Shown piece by piece: positions 12,142 through 24,041 of a stretch of DNA of 64,000 nucleotides; positions within the stretch are counted from its first letter, which is position 1, and each line of letters starts with the position of its first letter. Source of the stretch: Felis catus (lineage: Eukaryota); assembly GCF_018350175.1 (NCBI RefSeq), contig NC_058373.1:100442001-100506000 (forward strand), read 5' to 3'. The notes beneath the pieces are model-generated. The model had not been told where the DNA came from, made no database searches, and saw only the letters and a program-made list of their open reading frames with translations. The position numbers and the translations under genes are program-made.

Positions 12142-13629
12142 CTTGCCGGCTTATTTCTTGTTCACAGAACAGTGCTAGGGAACCCCCACTGGTCAGTGGG
12201 GGTGCTTCCTCTTGAGTCATTTGAGCGCTGGAGCTGGTGGAGGCTCTGCTGTCTTTAACTGGTGGCTTCTGGGGCTGCCCTGGTGGTCTTCTGCATTGCT
12301 GCCAGCTGCAAGGGGGGGCAGAGGGCAAGACAGACCAAGCATGAGAGGTGTTAATGGCCTGGGCCGGGCAGTGGCACCCAAGACTTCAGCTGTGACTCAG
12401 TCACACGGAGGTCCCAATGGCGAGGAGGGCCGGGGCACGTGGTACTGCCACGTGCCCAAGAAGACGAGAGCACAGTAAGAAGCAGCTGGCATCTCTGCCG
12501 TGGAGTAGAAATAATGTCCTTTAGCAAAAGTTGGCTCGAACCACACTCTAAATAGATGTATGAATTTTACGTCCAGCTCTTAACTGACATCTCGCAAAGT
12601 GTAGTGCAGAGCACGAACTAAATCACTAGCGATCTGCATTAACCGAGGATGTCAAATTTTAATTTCAAAACTTATAGCTCCTTTATTTTACTTTCCTTAC
12701 AGGGCAACCGCTCTCTGCTTCCAATTTATAACCCTTTTTTTGGGTGGTGTCATCCTCCTACAGCATAGGTGAAGAGTTCAATCAGGTGTTTGAAAGTTGT
12801 AAGAGCACATCAGGAATATACACTGCCAAGAATCACAGAGGTCGATCACATAAGAGAGAGGAAGGATTCTGTTGAGACGGCCTGGCATTTTAGTCACAGT
12901 ATTGTAATATAGCCCATCATGGATCCATTAACAAAATTGATCATCCAAAGGACTTTTATTGTCTAAGCTGTCCTCTTGAAGGAACTTGATGTTCCCCTGC
13001 ATGGCAAGTCACTCCTTCCTCATGGGCTACTGTGTGCGTGCTATTTTTTGTGTCCATCAAAGTGAATTATACATCCTCAGTTAAAGCTCTCACCATCTTG
13101 AGAACAGATTCCCTGCCTTATTGTTTTTATCCTCAGCCTCTAATGCACCACGAGGCACGTGCAGGCAATACATTTGAATGAAAGGAAGGAGCACAGTTTC
13201 ATCTTGGGTCTCTGAAAATACTTTCTTATTGATGGATATAATAATCATCGTCCTTAAACTTAACATTACACATCTGCCTGTCTCACCCTTCTTTTTGGAA
13301 AAAAGAAAAAAAAAGTGGCCAGTGTTCTGGGGTGATGGCCTTTTTTGTTTTTTGTTTTTTGTTTTTTTAATCTAGCTGTAACAATCATCTTAGCATGCCT
13401 TCACCTTTATTCAACCATATTAAGATGCAAACATACCCTAACAATCAAAAGTTATTAAAAAAATTAAACAGGTAGAGGAAGTCAAATCTGATTTGCAAGC
13501 CCCAAAATCTCACAACTGTTTGCCAAACTGTTATTAGTAACACTGCTGTTCTTTCCTTAAAATATTCTTAATTGAAGTATGATCAACATGCACAAAAAGC
13601 TATAAATAGTTAATGTATGCATCTTGATG

Positions 13630-13829
13630 AATTTTTTTAAGTTTATTTATTTTGAGGGAGAGAGCAAGTGGGCAGGGGCAGAGAGAGAGAGGAGGAGAGA
13701 GCGAGAAAATCCCCAACAGGCTCCGCACCACCAACACAGAGACCAACGTGGGGCTTGAACTCACAAACTGCGAGATCATGACCTGGGCTGAAGTTGGACG
13801 CTTAACTGACTGAGCCACTCAGGTGTCCC
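13630..13829 (-). mobile_element. Can-SINE within an old L1M 3' UTR fragment (~13560-14150)
   Basis: Reverse head present; TSD catcttgat on both flanks. Confidence 0.9.
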
Positions 13830-14324
13830 ACATCTTGATCAATTTGAAGGTAAGCGCACATCCATGAAAATGTCACTGTAATAAACAATGCCATAAACTT
13901 AACCATGGCCTCTAAAAGTTTCCTTCCTCTCTCTTTTTCTTGTTCTTTTGTGATAAGAACATTTACTATAATATCTACATCTTAACAATTTTCAAAATAC
14001 ATATAGTATTGTCAACTGTCTGCATTATTCTGTGTACTTGAGGATTTATTCATCTTGCAAAACTAAAGCTATATATCCTTTGGCCAATAATTGCTGGATT
14101 CCCCCTCCGCCAGCCCATGGTAACCATCATGCTATTCTGCTTCCATCATTGTTCTTTATATAAACAAATTAATTATTTCATAGATATTTGATTTTGATTA
14201 AGTAATTGTTGGATAAAAGATACTTTTAACTCTGGGTAAACTACATCACAGTTTATAGAAGCAATAGGAATTCCATGCTATTTTTTCCCCTTGTGTGTTT
14301 GTGTATGTTTAAGAAAACATACTC

Positions 14325-14530
14325 ACAGTTAGTTGAGTGTCTGACTCTTGGTTTTGGCTCAGGTCATGATCCCAGGGTCGTGGGATGGAGCTCTGCATCG
14401 GGCTCCACACTAAATGTGGAACCTGCTTAAGATTCTCTCTCTTTCTCCCTCTACCCCTCTCCTCTGCTCTCGCACACACTCTCTCTTTCTCTCTCTGAAA
14501 TAAAAAATAAAACCCCCCAAAACAAAAAAT
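14325..14530 (+). mobile_element. Can-SINE, 5'-degenerate
   Basis: ggctcaggtcatgatcccagggtcgtgggatggagc, then (CT)n and an A-rich tail. Confidence 0.85.
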
Positions 14531-15540
14531 AACACACACTTCAAATAACACAAAAGGGGTATATACTTCAAAATATCTCCCTGGTACCGTTGTCCCCCCT
14601 CCTAGTGCCCTTCATCAGAGGCATCAGGTGATACTTAGACAGACTTCTAAGCATATGCAAGAAAGTAGTTTTTAAAGAATTACATATGCATTAGAAACAT
14701 GATTTTAAAGGGCTTTTATTTGGCACGTAGGATAATGAAAAATTATTTGAGTCATTAATTTTTATGTAAGTCATTGGAGATGATCCTCTTTCATAGCATC
14801 TGTAAAGAACTTAATTGCATCTGTATGGATCTTATTTTCAAACAAGGTCACATTCATAGGTACTAGAGATTAAGACTTGAACATATCCTTTTTGGGGACA
14901 CAATTCAATCCACTACAAATCCCCATGTGTAGTCACAGGTTCCTCCCTGGCCTGTCATCAGGCACCTGGGATTCCTCCAGATATCCATGGGGCGGGGCCA
15001 GATGGAATATACTGTAGACATGAACAAGATCTCCATCTGGAAGACATTAAAGATGTGGACCTTATTCTGGGATTCTCATCCCTCCTCTTTCTTCTCTTTC
15101 CCTATAAGTATTTATTGAGGGTTTTCTATAGGCCAGTGATAATTCTAGGTTCCTGGCGATTTAATGGTAAGTAAAACAAAGTTCTTACCTTTATTAAGCT
15201 AATATTCTAGTGGGAAGACAAATGATGAAATCTTTCAGATGATAAGGAAAAAACCCACAAAGGACTGGAAGAGAGAACAACACTACTTTAGACAGGAAGA
15301 TCACAAGAAGTGTCTCTGATGAGCAGAGACCTGAATGAGAGAAGGACCCAGCCATGCAGTGATCCTTGGCAGAGGGAACAGGTGGAAAGGTCTTGTGATT
15401 GTTATAAAAAATATGTCCATGAAGGCATGAAACCCTTCAAGAATCAGAACTTAATCCCCCTGCCCTTGGGTGTGGGCTGAATTTGAAATAAATAGAATAT
15501 GACAGAACTGATGGTATGTTACTTTTGTAGTTTGGTTTTA

Positions 15541-15773
15541 TTTATTTTTTAATTTTTAAATTAAAAAAAAATTTAATGCTTATGTATTTTTGAGAGAGAG
15601 AGAGAGTGCAAGCGGGGGAGGAACAGAGAGAGGAAGAGACACAGAATCTGAAGCAGGCTCCATGCTCTGAGCTGTCAGCACAGAGCCTGATGTGGGGCTT
15701 GAACCCATGAACCATGAGATCATGACCTGAGCCAAACTCAGACGCTTAACTGACTGAGCCACCCAGGCACCCC
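15541..15773 (-). mobile_element. Can-SINE (SINEC_Fc-type)
   Basis: Full reverse body ending ...ccacccaggcacccc. Confidence 0.93.
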
Positions 15774-15789
15774 TTGCAGTTAGGTTTTT

Positions 15790-17366
15790 TTGTTTGTTTG
15801 TTTTATAATTTATTTATTTACATCCAAGTTAGTTAGCATATAGTGCAACAATGATTTCAGGAGTAGATTCCTTAATGCCCCTTACCCATTTAGCCCAATC
15901 CCCACACAACCCCTCCAGCAACCCTCTGTTTGTTCTCTATGTGTCAGAGTCCCTTATGTTTTGTCCCCTCCCTGTTTTTATATTATTTTTGCTTCCTTTC
16001 CCTTTTGTTCAACTGTTTTGTCTCTTAAAGTCCTCATATGAGTGAAGTCATATAATATTTGTCTTTCTCTGACTAATTTCACTTAGCATAATACCCTCCA
16101 GTTCCATCCACATAGTTGCAAATGGCAAGATTTCATTTTTTTTGATTGCCAAGTAATACTCCATTGTATATATATATACCACATCTTCTTTATCCATTCA
16201 TCCATCGATGGACATTTGGGCTTTTTCTATACTTTGGCTATTGTCAATAGCACTGTTATAAACATTGGGATGCACATGTCCCTTCGAAACAGCATACCTA
16301 TAGCCCTTGGATAAATACCTAGTAGGACAATTGCTGGGTCGTAGGGTAGTTCTATTTTTCATTTTTTAAGGAACCTCCATATTCTTTTCCAGAGTGACTC
16401 CACCAGCTTGCATTGCCACCAACAATGCAAAAGAGATCCTCTTTCTCCACATCCTCACCAACATCTGTTGTTGCCTGAGTTGTTAATGTTAGCCATTCTG
16501 ACAGGTGTGAGGTGGTATCTCATTGTGGTTTTGATTTGTATTTCCCTGATGATGAGTGATGTTGAGCATTTTTTCATGTGTCGGTTGGCCATCTGGGTGT
16601 CCTCCTGGGAGAAGTGTCTATTCGCCTTTTTTGCCCATTACTTCCCTGGATTATTTTTTGGAAGTTGAGTTTGGTAAGTTCTTTATAGATTTTGGATACT
16701 AACCCTTTATCTGATATGTCGTTTGCAAATATCTTCTCCCATTCTCTCAGTTACCTTTTAGTTTTGCTGATTGTTTCCTTCTCTGTGCAGAAGCTTTTTG
16801 TTTTGATGAGGTCCCAAGAATTCATTTTTGCTTTTGTTTCCCTTGCCTCCAGAGACATGCTGAGTAAGAAGTTGATACAGCCAAGATCAAAGAGGTTGTT
16901 GCCTGCTTTCTCCTCTAGGGTTTTGATGGCTTCCTGTCTTACAGTTAGGTCTTTCATCCATTTTGAGTTTATTATGTGTATGGTGTAAGAAAGTGGTCCA
17001 GGTTCATTCTTCTGCATGTCGCTGTCCAGTTTTCCCAGCACCACTTGCTGAAGAGACTGTCTTTATTCCATTGGATATTCTTTCCTGCTTTGTCAAAGAT
17101 TAGTGGCCATATGTTTGTGGGTCCATTTCTGGGTTATCTATTCTGTTCCATTGATCTGAGTGTCTGTTTTTGTGCCAGTACCATACTGTCTTGATGATTA
17201 CAGCTTTATAGTACAACTTGAAGTCCAGGATTGTGATACCTCCAGCTTTGATTTTCTTTTTCAAGATTGCTTTGGCTATTTGGGGTCTTTTCTGGTCCCA
17301 TACAAATTTTAGGATTGTTTTGTTCTAGCTCTGTGAAGAATGCTGGTGTTATTTTGATAGAGATTG
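15790..17366 (-). mobile_element. 5'-truncated carnivore/felid L1 (3' UTR plus disrupted ORF2 C-terminus)
   Basis: ORF 16751..17044(-) gives the L1 ORF2 peptide [31 protein letters not shown]...[21 protein letters not shown]. Confidence 0.93.
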
Positions 17367-18439
17367 CTACAGGTAGATTTTAAAGAGATTGCAGCTTCCA
17401 TTCTGGATTGCTCATTTTCTCCCATACCACTCTCCCTAGGGACAGCCAACTGCCAGGAGGGCTGCTCTGTGCTCTACAGAGAGGCCTGTGTGGCAAGGAG
17501 CTGAGGGCAGTGTCTGGGCAGCATCCAGGAAGGAAGTGAGGCCCTTAGTCCAAAAATCCATGAGGATCTGTGGCCTGCCAACAACCTTGTGGGTGAGCCT
17601 AGAAGGGGATCCTCCCCTAGTTTAGCCTTCAGATGAGACTGCAGCCATAGCCCAAAGCTTCACTACACTCTCATCCAAGACCTCCAGTCAGAACCAGCCA
17701 GCTAAGCCACTCCCAGCTTTCTGACCCTTAAAAACTGTGAGAAATAATAAACCTTTGTTGTTTTAAGCTGCTGAGTGCATTTTATGAAGCAACATGTAAT
17801 TATTCAGGCCCCGAGGCTGCAGCTTGCTTGCCAAGTTGGAGAAATAGCAAGGGGCCTCACATAGTAAGACAAAGTGGGCAGGAGTAGGCACAGTAGGTGA
17901 TGAGGCCAGAGGGCAAATGGGAGACTGGCTCGTGGAGAGTCTTGTGAGCAGCAGTAATGACTCTGGCTTCTAGTCTGGAGGGGGTGAGGATCCCGGTTGC
18001 AGAGTTTTGAGTAGAGGAGTGGCATGATAAACGGATGGACGTGATGGCACAGATGTTTGGGGAGTTTGAATGTGGGAGGCCAGTGGGGAAGCTGCCAAAC
18101 CAGGAGACTGCCTGCATTGGCGAGGGCGTGGTGATGGTGCTGAGGGCTGACAGGGCTCCAGCAGGCCCTGAAGTTGGAGTCAGTCACAGAGGAAAAGGTG
18201 GCACATTTCTGAAGAGTCTGGCCTGCATGCTAGAATTAGAAGAATTCTATGAAGCTTCAGGGGGAAAAGATGAAGTAATAAAACTGGTTTCCAAAGTACC
18301 TGGCAGCTCTCTTCTCTGACCTTTGGGCTTCTTAGGGAGACTCTTGTCCTCACAGATGTGTCTTCATGTTCCTTTTCCTCTTCCACTTCCTACCTATGAA
18401 AATCTCCTCACAGGGAAGAATCTATCAACTTGTTCCCAG

Positions 18440-19380
18440 TGAGGTATAAATAATTGATGAGATAAAAATCAATAGCATTTCTTTACACTAGCAATAAGCA
18501 ACTGGAAAATATGTAATAGAAAAATAAGATATCTTTCACATGAGCAACAAAAGCTGCAAGTGACTCTAGGAATTAAAGAAGACACTTGAACTCTAGAAGG
18601 AAAAATTTTAAACTCTATTAAGGGACATAAAAGGGAGCACCTGGCTGGCTCAGTTGGTGGAGCATGTGACTCTTGATCTCAGGGTTGTGAGTCTGAGCCC
18701 CAGGTTGGGTGTATAGATGACTTAAGAATAAAATCTTTTTTTAAAAAAAGGACATAAAAGATCTGAATAAATGGAGGGGTATTCCACGCTCATGAACAGA
18801 AGAGCTTAATCTTACGAAAATGAAGATTCTCTCCAAATTAATGTATGAATTCAATCTTATCAAAATAGCAGGTTTTGTTTTGTTTGTTTGTTTTGGAGAA
18901 ACACTGAAAAGTTATTCTGAAATTTATTTGGAAAAACAAGTTCATGATTTAGCTAAGTCTACTTTGAAAAAGAAAGACATAGCAGTGATATTTAAGACAT
19001 ACTACTAAGCCACAATCATTTCAGACATTATGATATTGATTCAAGAACAGACAAATGGATACTTGGAACAGAGTAACAGGTAGCTTAGAGACAGAGCTGT
19101 GCTTAGGTTAAAACTTGGTTCCCACATATAAATGTGGGAAAGGACAGACTGTTTACGAGGTGAGAAAACTGGCTCACTATATTGAGAAAAATAAAACCGA
19201 ATCCCTACCTACTGTATAGACAAATGTTAGCTCCCAAAGGGTTAAAGATCTATTTTCAAAACGATCATGAAGTTAGTAGAAAAAGTAGAAATCGTTGTAA
19301 CCTATGTCACACGTGGGGAAGGATGTCTTAAAATGAAAAAAGCACAAACCAAGAGATGAAACAAAATTTGCTGGACATTG
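18440..19380 (+). mobile_element. Ancient L1M ORF2 fragment containing a short old-type Can-SINE at 18632-18748
   Basis: Decayed ORF2 text (aaaatcaatagcatttctttacactagcaataag; MKILSKLMYEFN). SINE TSD ggacataaaag. Confidence 0.7.
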
Positions 19381-20565
19381 TTGAGGTTGCACTTTCTGTT
19401 CCTGCTGCACCCGTGGAGTGCTGGGCCTCCAGGGTCACCTGTGCAGACAATGTGATCTGGGCCAACCCAGTAGCTCTTCAGAGTGGTCCATTCCACTGAT
19501 GGGGAAGTTCGCCCCCAGAGACTGAGACATCTTTACTCACCCAATCTGACACACTGTGCAAATGGGACCCCATCTTTGTCACTTCCAGAAAACCTGTAAA
19601 TCCTGTCCCTTCCCAGCTAAGCTACCCAGGCTTGGGGAAATGCTTGGTTCCAAGCCTAGCCTCTATCCAGTCCTCCTTTGGACTTACTTAAATCAATCCT
19701 CCATGCTGGGCCTCAAGTACAAAAGCTCTCTACTTTTCATTGGGAGAAAATAGTAAAGACCACCCAGATTTTTAGAGTCAACACACAACACATTAAGCAC
19801 ATATAACACAATGAGTAATTGAGGGGGGAAAAAAGCCTGATGTAACATTTCCCCCTGCTCTCCATCATCACAATGGGTTTTGAAAATTTAGAGAAGTCTT
19901 TACCTCATTCAGGCCCCCATTTATTTATTCAGGGTGCCATTCTGATTTCGGCTTTTATACTTGGGGCATCTAAGGGTCTTTGGAATTACTCTGAGATTTG
20001 GAAATGAATATTGGAGTGTTTCATGTCTGGCACCCACTCAAGTTACAGGGGTACATATATTAAGTTGTTGGACAAGGAGAGCCCAACCCATGCCTCAAAT
20101 ATCCCACAGCCCCCAGTGATGGATGACTGACAGAGACAAATATGGCGGGAGGTGCTAAGTCTAAGGAGGCATGTGCAAATGTGGTGTGGGATGTCACCTT
20201 GAGCATGACAATTACTATGAGGCAGAGCTTTCCCTGGACAATGCTATTGTTCTGTGTTTTGAAGCTAATTGCACTTTTAGATAAAGTACTTTTAGATAAA
20301 ATCCTATTTTAACTATTAGAACTCTAGAGTTCATGAAAGTAACTAGTAATACTAGTCAGTTTTGAACATACTCAAAAAGAAGTGATTGTAATCAATCCAA
20401 TGTAGAAATTACCAAAAAAAAAAAAAAAGCCAAAATAATGAAAAGAAAAGATATAACTTTGACCAGACTAGGCACCATCTTTAATTCTGTACTAATTTGG
20501 AAGATTTTCATTGAAAGCAATAGCCAGTCTGACTCAGACTGGTTTTAAAAATAAGGAAATGTGTT

Positions 20566-20765
20566 GGGGCACCTGGGTGGCTCAGTTGGTCAAGCGTCTG
20601 ACTACAGCTCAGGTCATGATTTCATGATTTGTGAGTTCAAGCCCTGTGTTGGGCTCTATGCTGACAACTCAGAGCCTGGATCCTGCTTCGGAGGCTGTGT
20701 CTCCCTGTTTCTCTGCTTCTCCATGCCACCCCCTCCCTTGTCTCTCAAAAATAAACATTAAAAAA
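20566..20765 (+). mobile_element. Can-SINE inside an old MLT1-like LTR (~20490-21290)
   Basis: TSD aaaaataaggaaatgtg on both sides. Confidence 0.92.
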
Positions 20766-21667
20766 AATAAGGAAATGTGCTAATTCATATAATAGGAGCT
20801 CCAAATATATGGCAGGCTCAACGATATCATCAGCCACCTAGGTTTTTTCTGCCTCTCATTACTGTTGTCCATAGGATTCATCTGAAGCCTGGTTCCCCTT
20901 GTGTTTCTAATATGGCTGCTCATAGCAATTTTGGCTACATGATTCTTTGTTCGTATGCACTAGATGAGAGAGCAAGTAAAATCCTGATGGACCAACTCGG
21001 TTCATATGCCCACCTCTGGTTCAGTAGCTGTCACCAAAGGATTGCCATATGTTGTTTGGCTTAAACCTTGGTTACTGAACCAAACTCAGCCAAAAGGGGA
21101 ACAGGAATTACTGAAATTGGTTTAGGTTAATCAGAGCACTTTCCTAGAGCAGAATTAGAGGAGATGGAACCATCTCCTGAATCTCTCGGGCTGCATATAA
21201 GGGTATTGGATACCTCAAGAAGGTTGGGATTCTGTTGGGAAGGAGGGAGAGGGGAATGGATATGGAGCGGGCAACCCAAAGTGACAACTTCAAGGCCTGA
21301 TCTACAATAAAGGGAAGGGCTGCCGGATGCGGTGCAGATCAAAGAGGGCTGGTGAAGACACCAGCAGGGATGCCTGCAGTGTGGGTCTCAGACAAATTCC
21401 CCCACATAGTATGCCATGAGGGAGAATTCAACACTCCCTCATTAGAAACGTTGGGAACAGGATGCTTAGGCTGACTGTGGGAGTTTCCAGATGGCACTGA
21501 GAAGCAGCAGGAGAGGTGGGGTTAAATGAAGAAACACACACTCTTGCCATATTTGTAGGAAGCAGTCTGTCAGTGAAGTAGGTAGGGTAGGGAAAAAATA
21601 CCTATGAATTGTGAACAGCCCCATAGTTGTTGACCACTGCAGACTCTGGAGTAGAAAGGGCTAAAGC

Positions 21668-21670
<3 letters not shown>

Positions 21671-21701
<31 letters not shown>
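21671..21701. repeat. (AC)n microsatellite
   Basis: Perfect AC run of about 15 units. Confidence 0.95.
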
Positions 21702-21703
<2 letters not shown>

Positions 21704-21809
21704 TTTGTGTTATAAGGAACCGGGAAGAATTTTTGCCAGCTAACACCAGTTCAGTTCCTCCTTCACCCACACCTCCCACAGATTGCTCTTTCAGGCATAC
21801 TCCCCTCCT

Positions 21810-22030
21810 GTCTGGGTCTGCCACTTGTTAGCTGTATGACCTTGCAAACTTGTTGAACCTCTGTATTTCATTTTTCTCTTCTGTACATTGGTTTAGGTTA
21901 TCAGGATATCCTTCTGTATCAGGATAATAGTAATAGTGACCCTCGTAGGGCTGTTGTGAGGACTAAATAAGTTAATACATACAAAGCACTTAGAAAAGTC
22001 CTTGGAACTTAGTAAGCACAATGTAACTCT
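21810..22030 (+). mobile_element. MIR SINE
   Basis: Core text ctgccacttgttagctgtatgaccttg...aacctctgtatttcattt...gttgtgaggactaaataagttaatacatacaaagcacttagaa. Confidence 0.8.
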
Positions 22031-22084
22031 CTCTATATACCAGTATATGCAGGGTATAGACATTTTGAACAGATCTAAACCTGT

Positions 22085-22978
22085 GAACTGCTGTGGACAG
22101 TGACTCTATTTTACTTCCCACGTTCCTCCTTTTTGAATGGGAGTGTTTCTAACTGTTATCCTTTGCCTGCTCCCCTCCCCCCCCCCCAATCACGTCCCCC
22201 TGCCACCCTGCATGTTAGGTACATGGGCAAGTGACAGTTCACATTTGTCTCACAGGTCCACAGATGAGCAGGAATTGTGGTCCAGGAGCTGGACTTCATG
22301 AACTGCACCTGCGGAACCTCAGCCACACCTGGCTTGGTCCAGACTTCAGAGTGATGCTCTAAGGGGATGAGACTTTTGCAGAACTTGAGAGCAGGTGGGT
22401 GCATTTTCCTTGTGGGAGGGACATGAATCATTGGGCCCCCAGTAAATACCCACATCCTAGTAGCCACTCCCTTGTATAATTCCCTCCCCTTGACTTTAAG
22501 TAGGACCTGTGACTTAATCCTAACCAACAGAATGTGGCATAGAGGGTGGAATGTCACTTCTGTACATTACGTAGGACGGGATAAGATGGTAAACAACTTG
22601 TCAGCAGGCTCTGTCTATTGACTCTCTCCCCTGCTGGCTTTGATGAAGTGAGCTGTTGTAGGGAGAGACAAGGAACTTAGAGTGGCTTCCAGCAGCCAGC
22701 CAGCCGGAAGCCAGGCCCTCAATCTGACAACCTACAACAAACTGAATCCTGTCAACAGCCATGTGAGCTTGGCAGCATATCCTTCTCCAGTCAAGCCTTA
22801 AATGAGACCCCGGCCCCAGCTGACACTTTGATGGAGCTTTGTGAAAAGCCTTAAAGCAGAGGACCCAGCTAACCCGTGCCTGGATTCCTGACCCACGGAA
22901 ACTACAAGGTAATAAAGGTGTGTTATTTTTGTCACTAAATTGATGTTGATTTATTATGCAGCAATAAATCACTATACA
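22085..22978 (+). mobile_element. MaLR internal 3' fragment joined to an MLT1 LTR
   Basis: The internal-like segment ends ttgtgggagggacatgaatcattggg and is followed by an MLT1 LTR ending ttattatgcagcaataaatcactataca. Confidence 0.65.
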
Positions 22979-23563
22979 AATATATTTGAAAACTTAAGTT
23001 TCTGATAAAGGTAGCATTTCAGCTTCATGGGGTGAGGATTGAATTTTTCAGTAAGATAGTGTGGGAATAACTGGATAACCATCTGGAGAAAGGTGGTGCC
23101 TAGATCCTACCACTACAGAAAATTCTGCTGGGTCACAGATATAAATGCTAAATGTAAACTAATACATATTATATAGAAAATATGGGGGAATATGGGAGAA
23201 ATTTATCATAATTTCAGGGGAAATACTATAGAAGCTAAACTTTCTAGATGCCAGGAGTGAAAAGTTAACTTCAATAGCAGAAAACTAAGAAGAATTCTGT
23301 ATGAAATAAACATTGCATGCATGGGGATAAGAAAAACAAACTGACAAAAATTTTCTATATATACATTGACAAAGGGCTGTTTTCCTTAATTCATAGAGTT
23401 CAACAAATCAGAACCAATAGTACAATAGAGAATGGGCAGAGAACAGAGCTCACAGAACAGAAAATACTGTTGCCTTTCAAACATAGGTAAAGATGCTTAG
23501 CCTTACCAATAAGAAACCAAATTAGGTGGCACCTTGCTGGCTAAGGTGGTAGAACATGTGACT

Positions 23564-23989
23564 TTTTAAAAAAATTAATTTATTTTTAATTTAATTTTTA
23601 AAAATTCATATCCAAATTAGCATACAGGGCAACAATGATTTCAGGAGTAGATTCCTTAATGCCCCTTACCCATTTAGCCCATCCCCCCTCCCACAATCCC
23701 TCCAACAACCCTCTGTTTGTTCTCCATATTTATGAGTGTCTTATGTTTTGTCCCCTCCTTGTTTTTATATTATTTTTGTTTCCCTTTCCTTATGTTCATC
23801 TGTTTTGTCTCTTAAAGCCCTCATATGAGTGAAGTCATATGATATTTGTGTTTCTCTGACTGACTAATTTTGCTTCGTATAATACCCTCCAGTTCCATCC
23901 ATGTAGTTGCAAATGGCAAGATTTCATTCTTTTTGATTGCCAAGTAATACTCCATTGTGTGTGTGTGTGTGTGTGTGTATGTGTGTGTA

Positions 23990-24041
<52 letters not shown>

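Larger units (their letters stand above)
15394..17806 (+). mobile_element. MaLR LTR (MLT1E/F-like) split by a SINE and an L1, itself inside an L2 fragment (~15100-18180)
   Basis: 5' part at 15394-15540 and 3' part at 17367-17806 (gagaggcctgtgtggcaaggagctgagg...ttgttttaagctgctgag). Confidence 0.75.
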
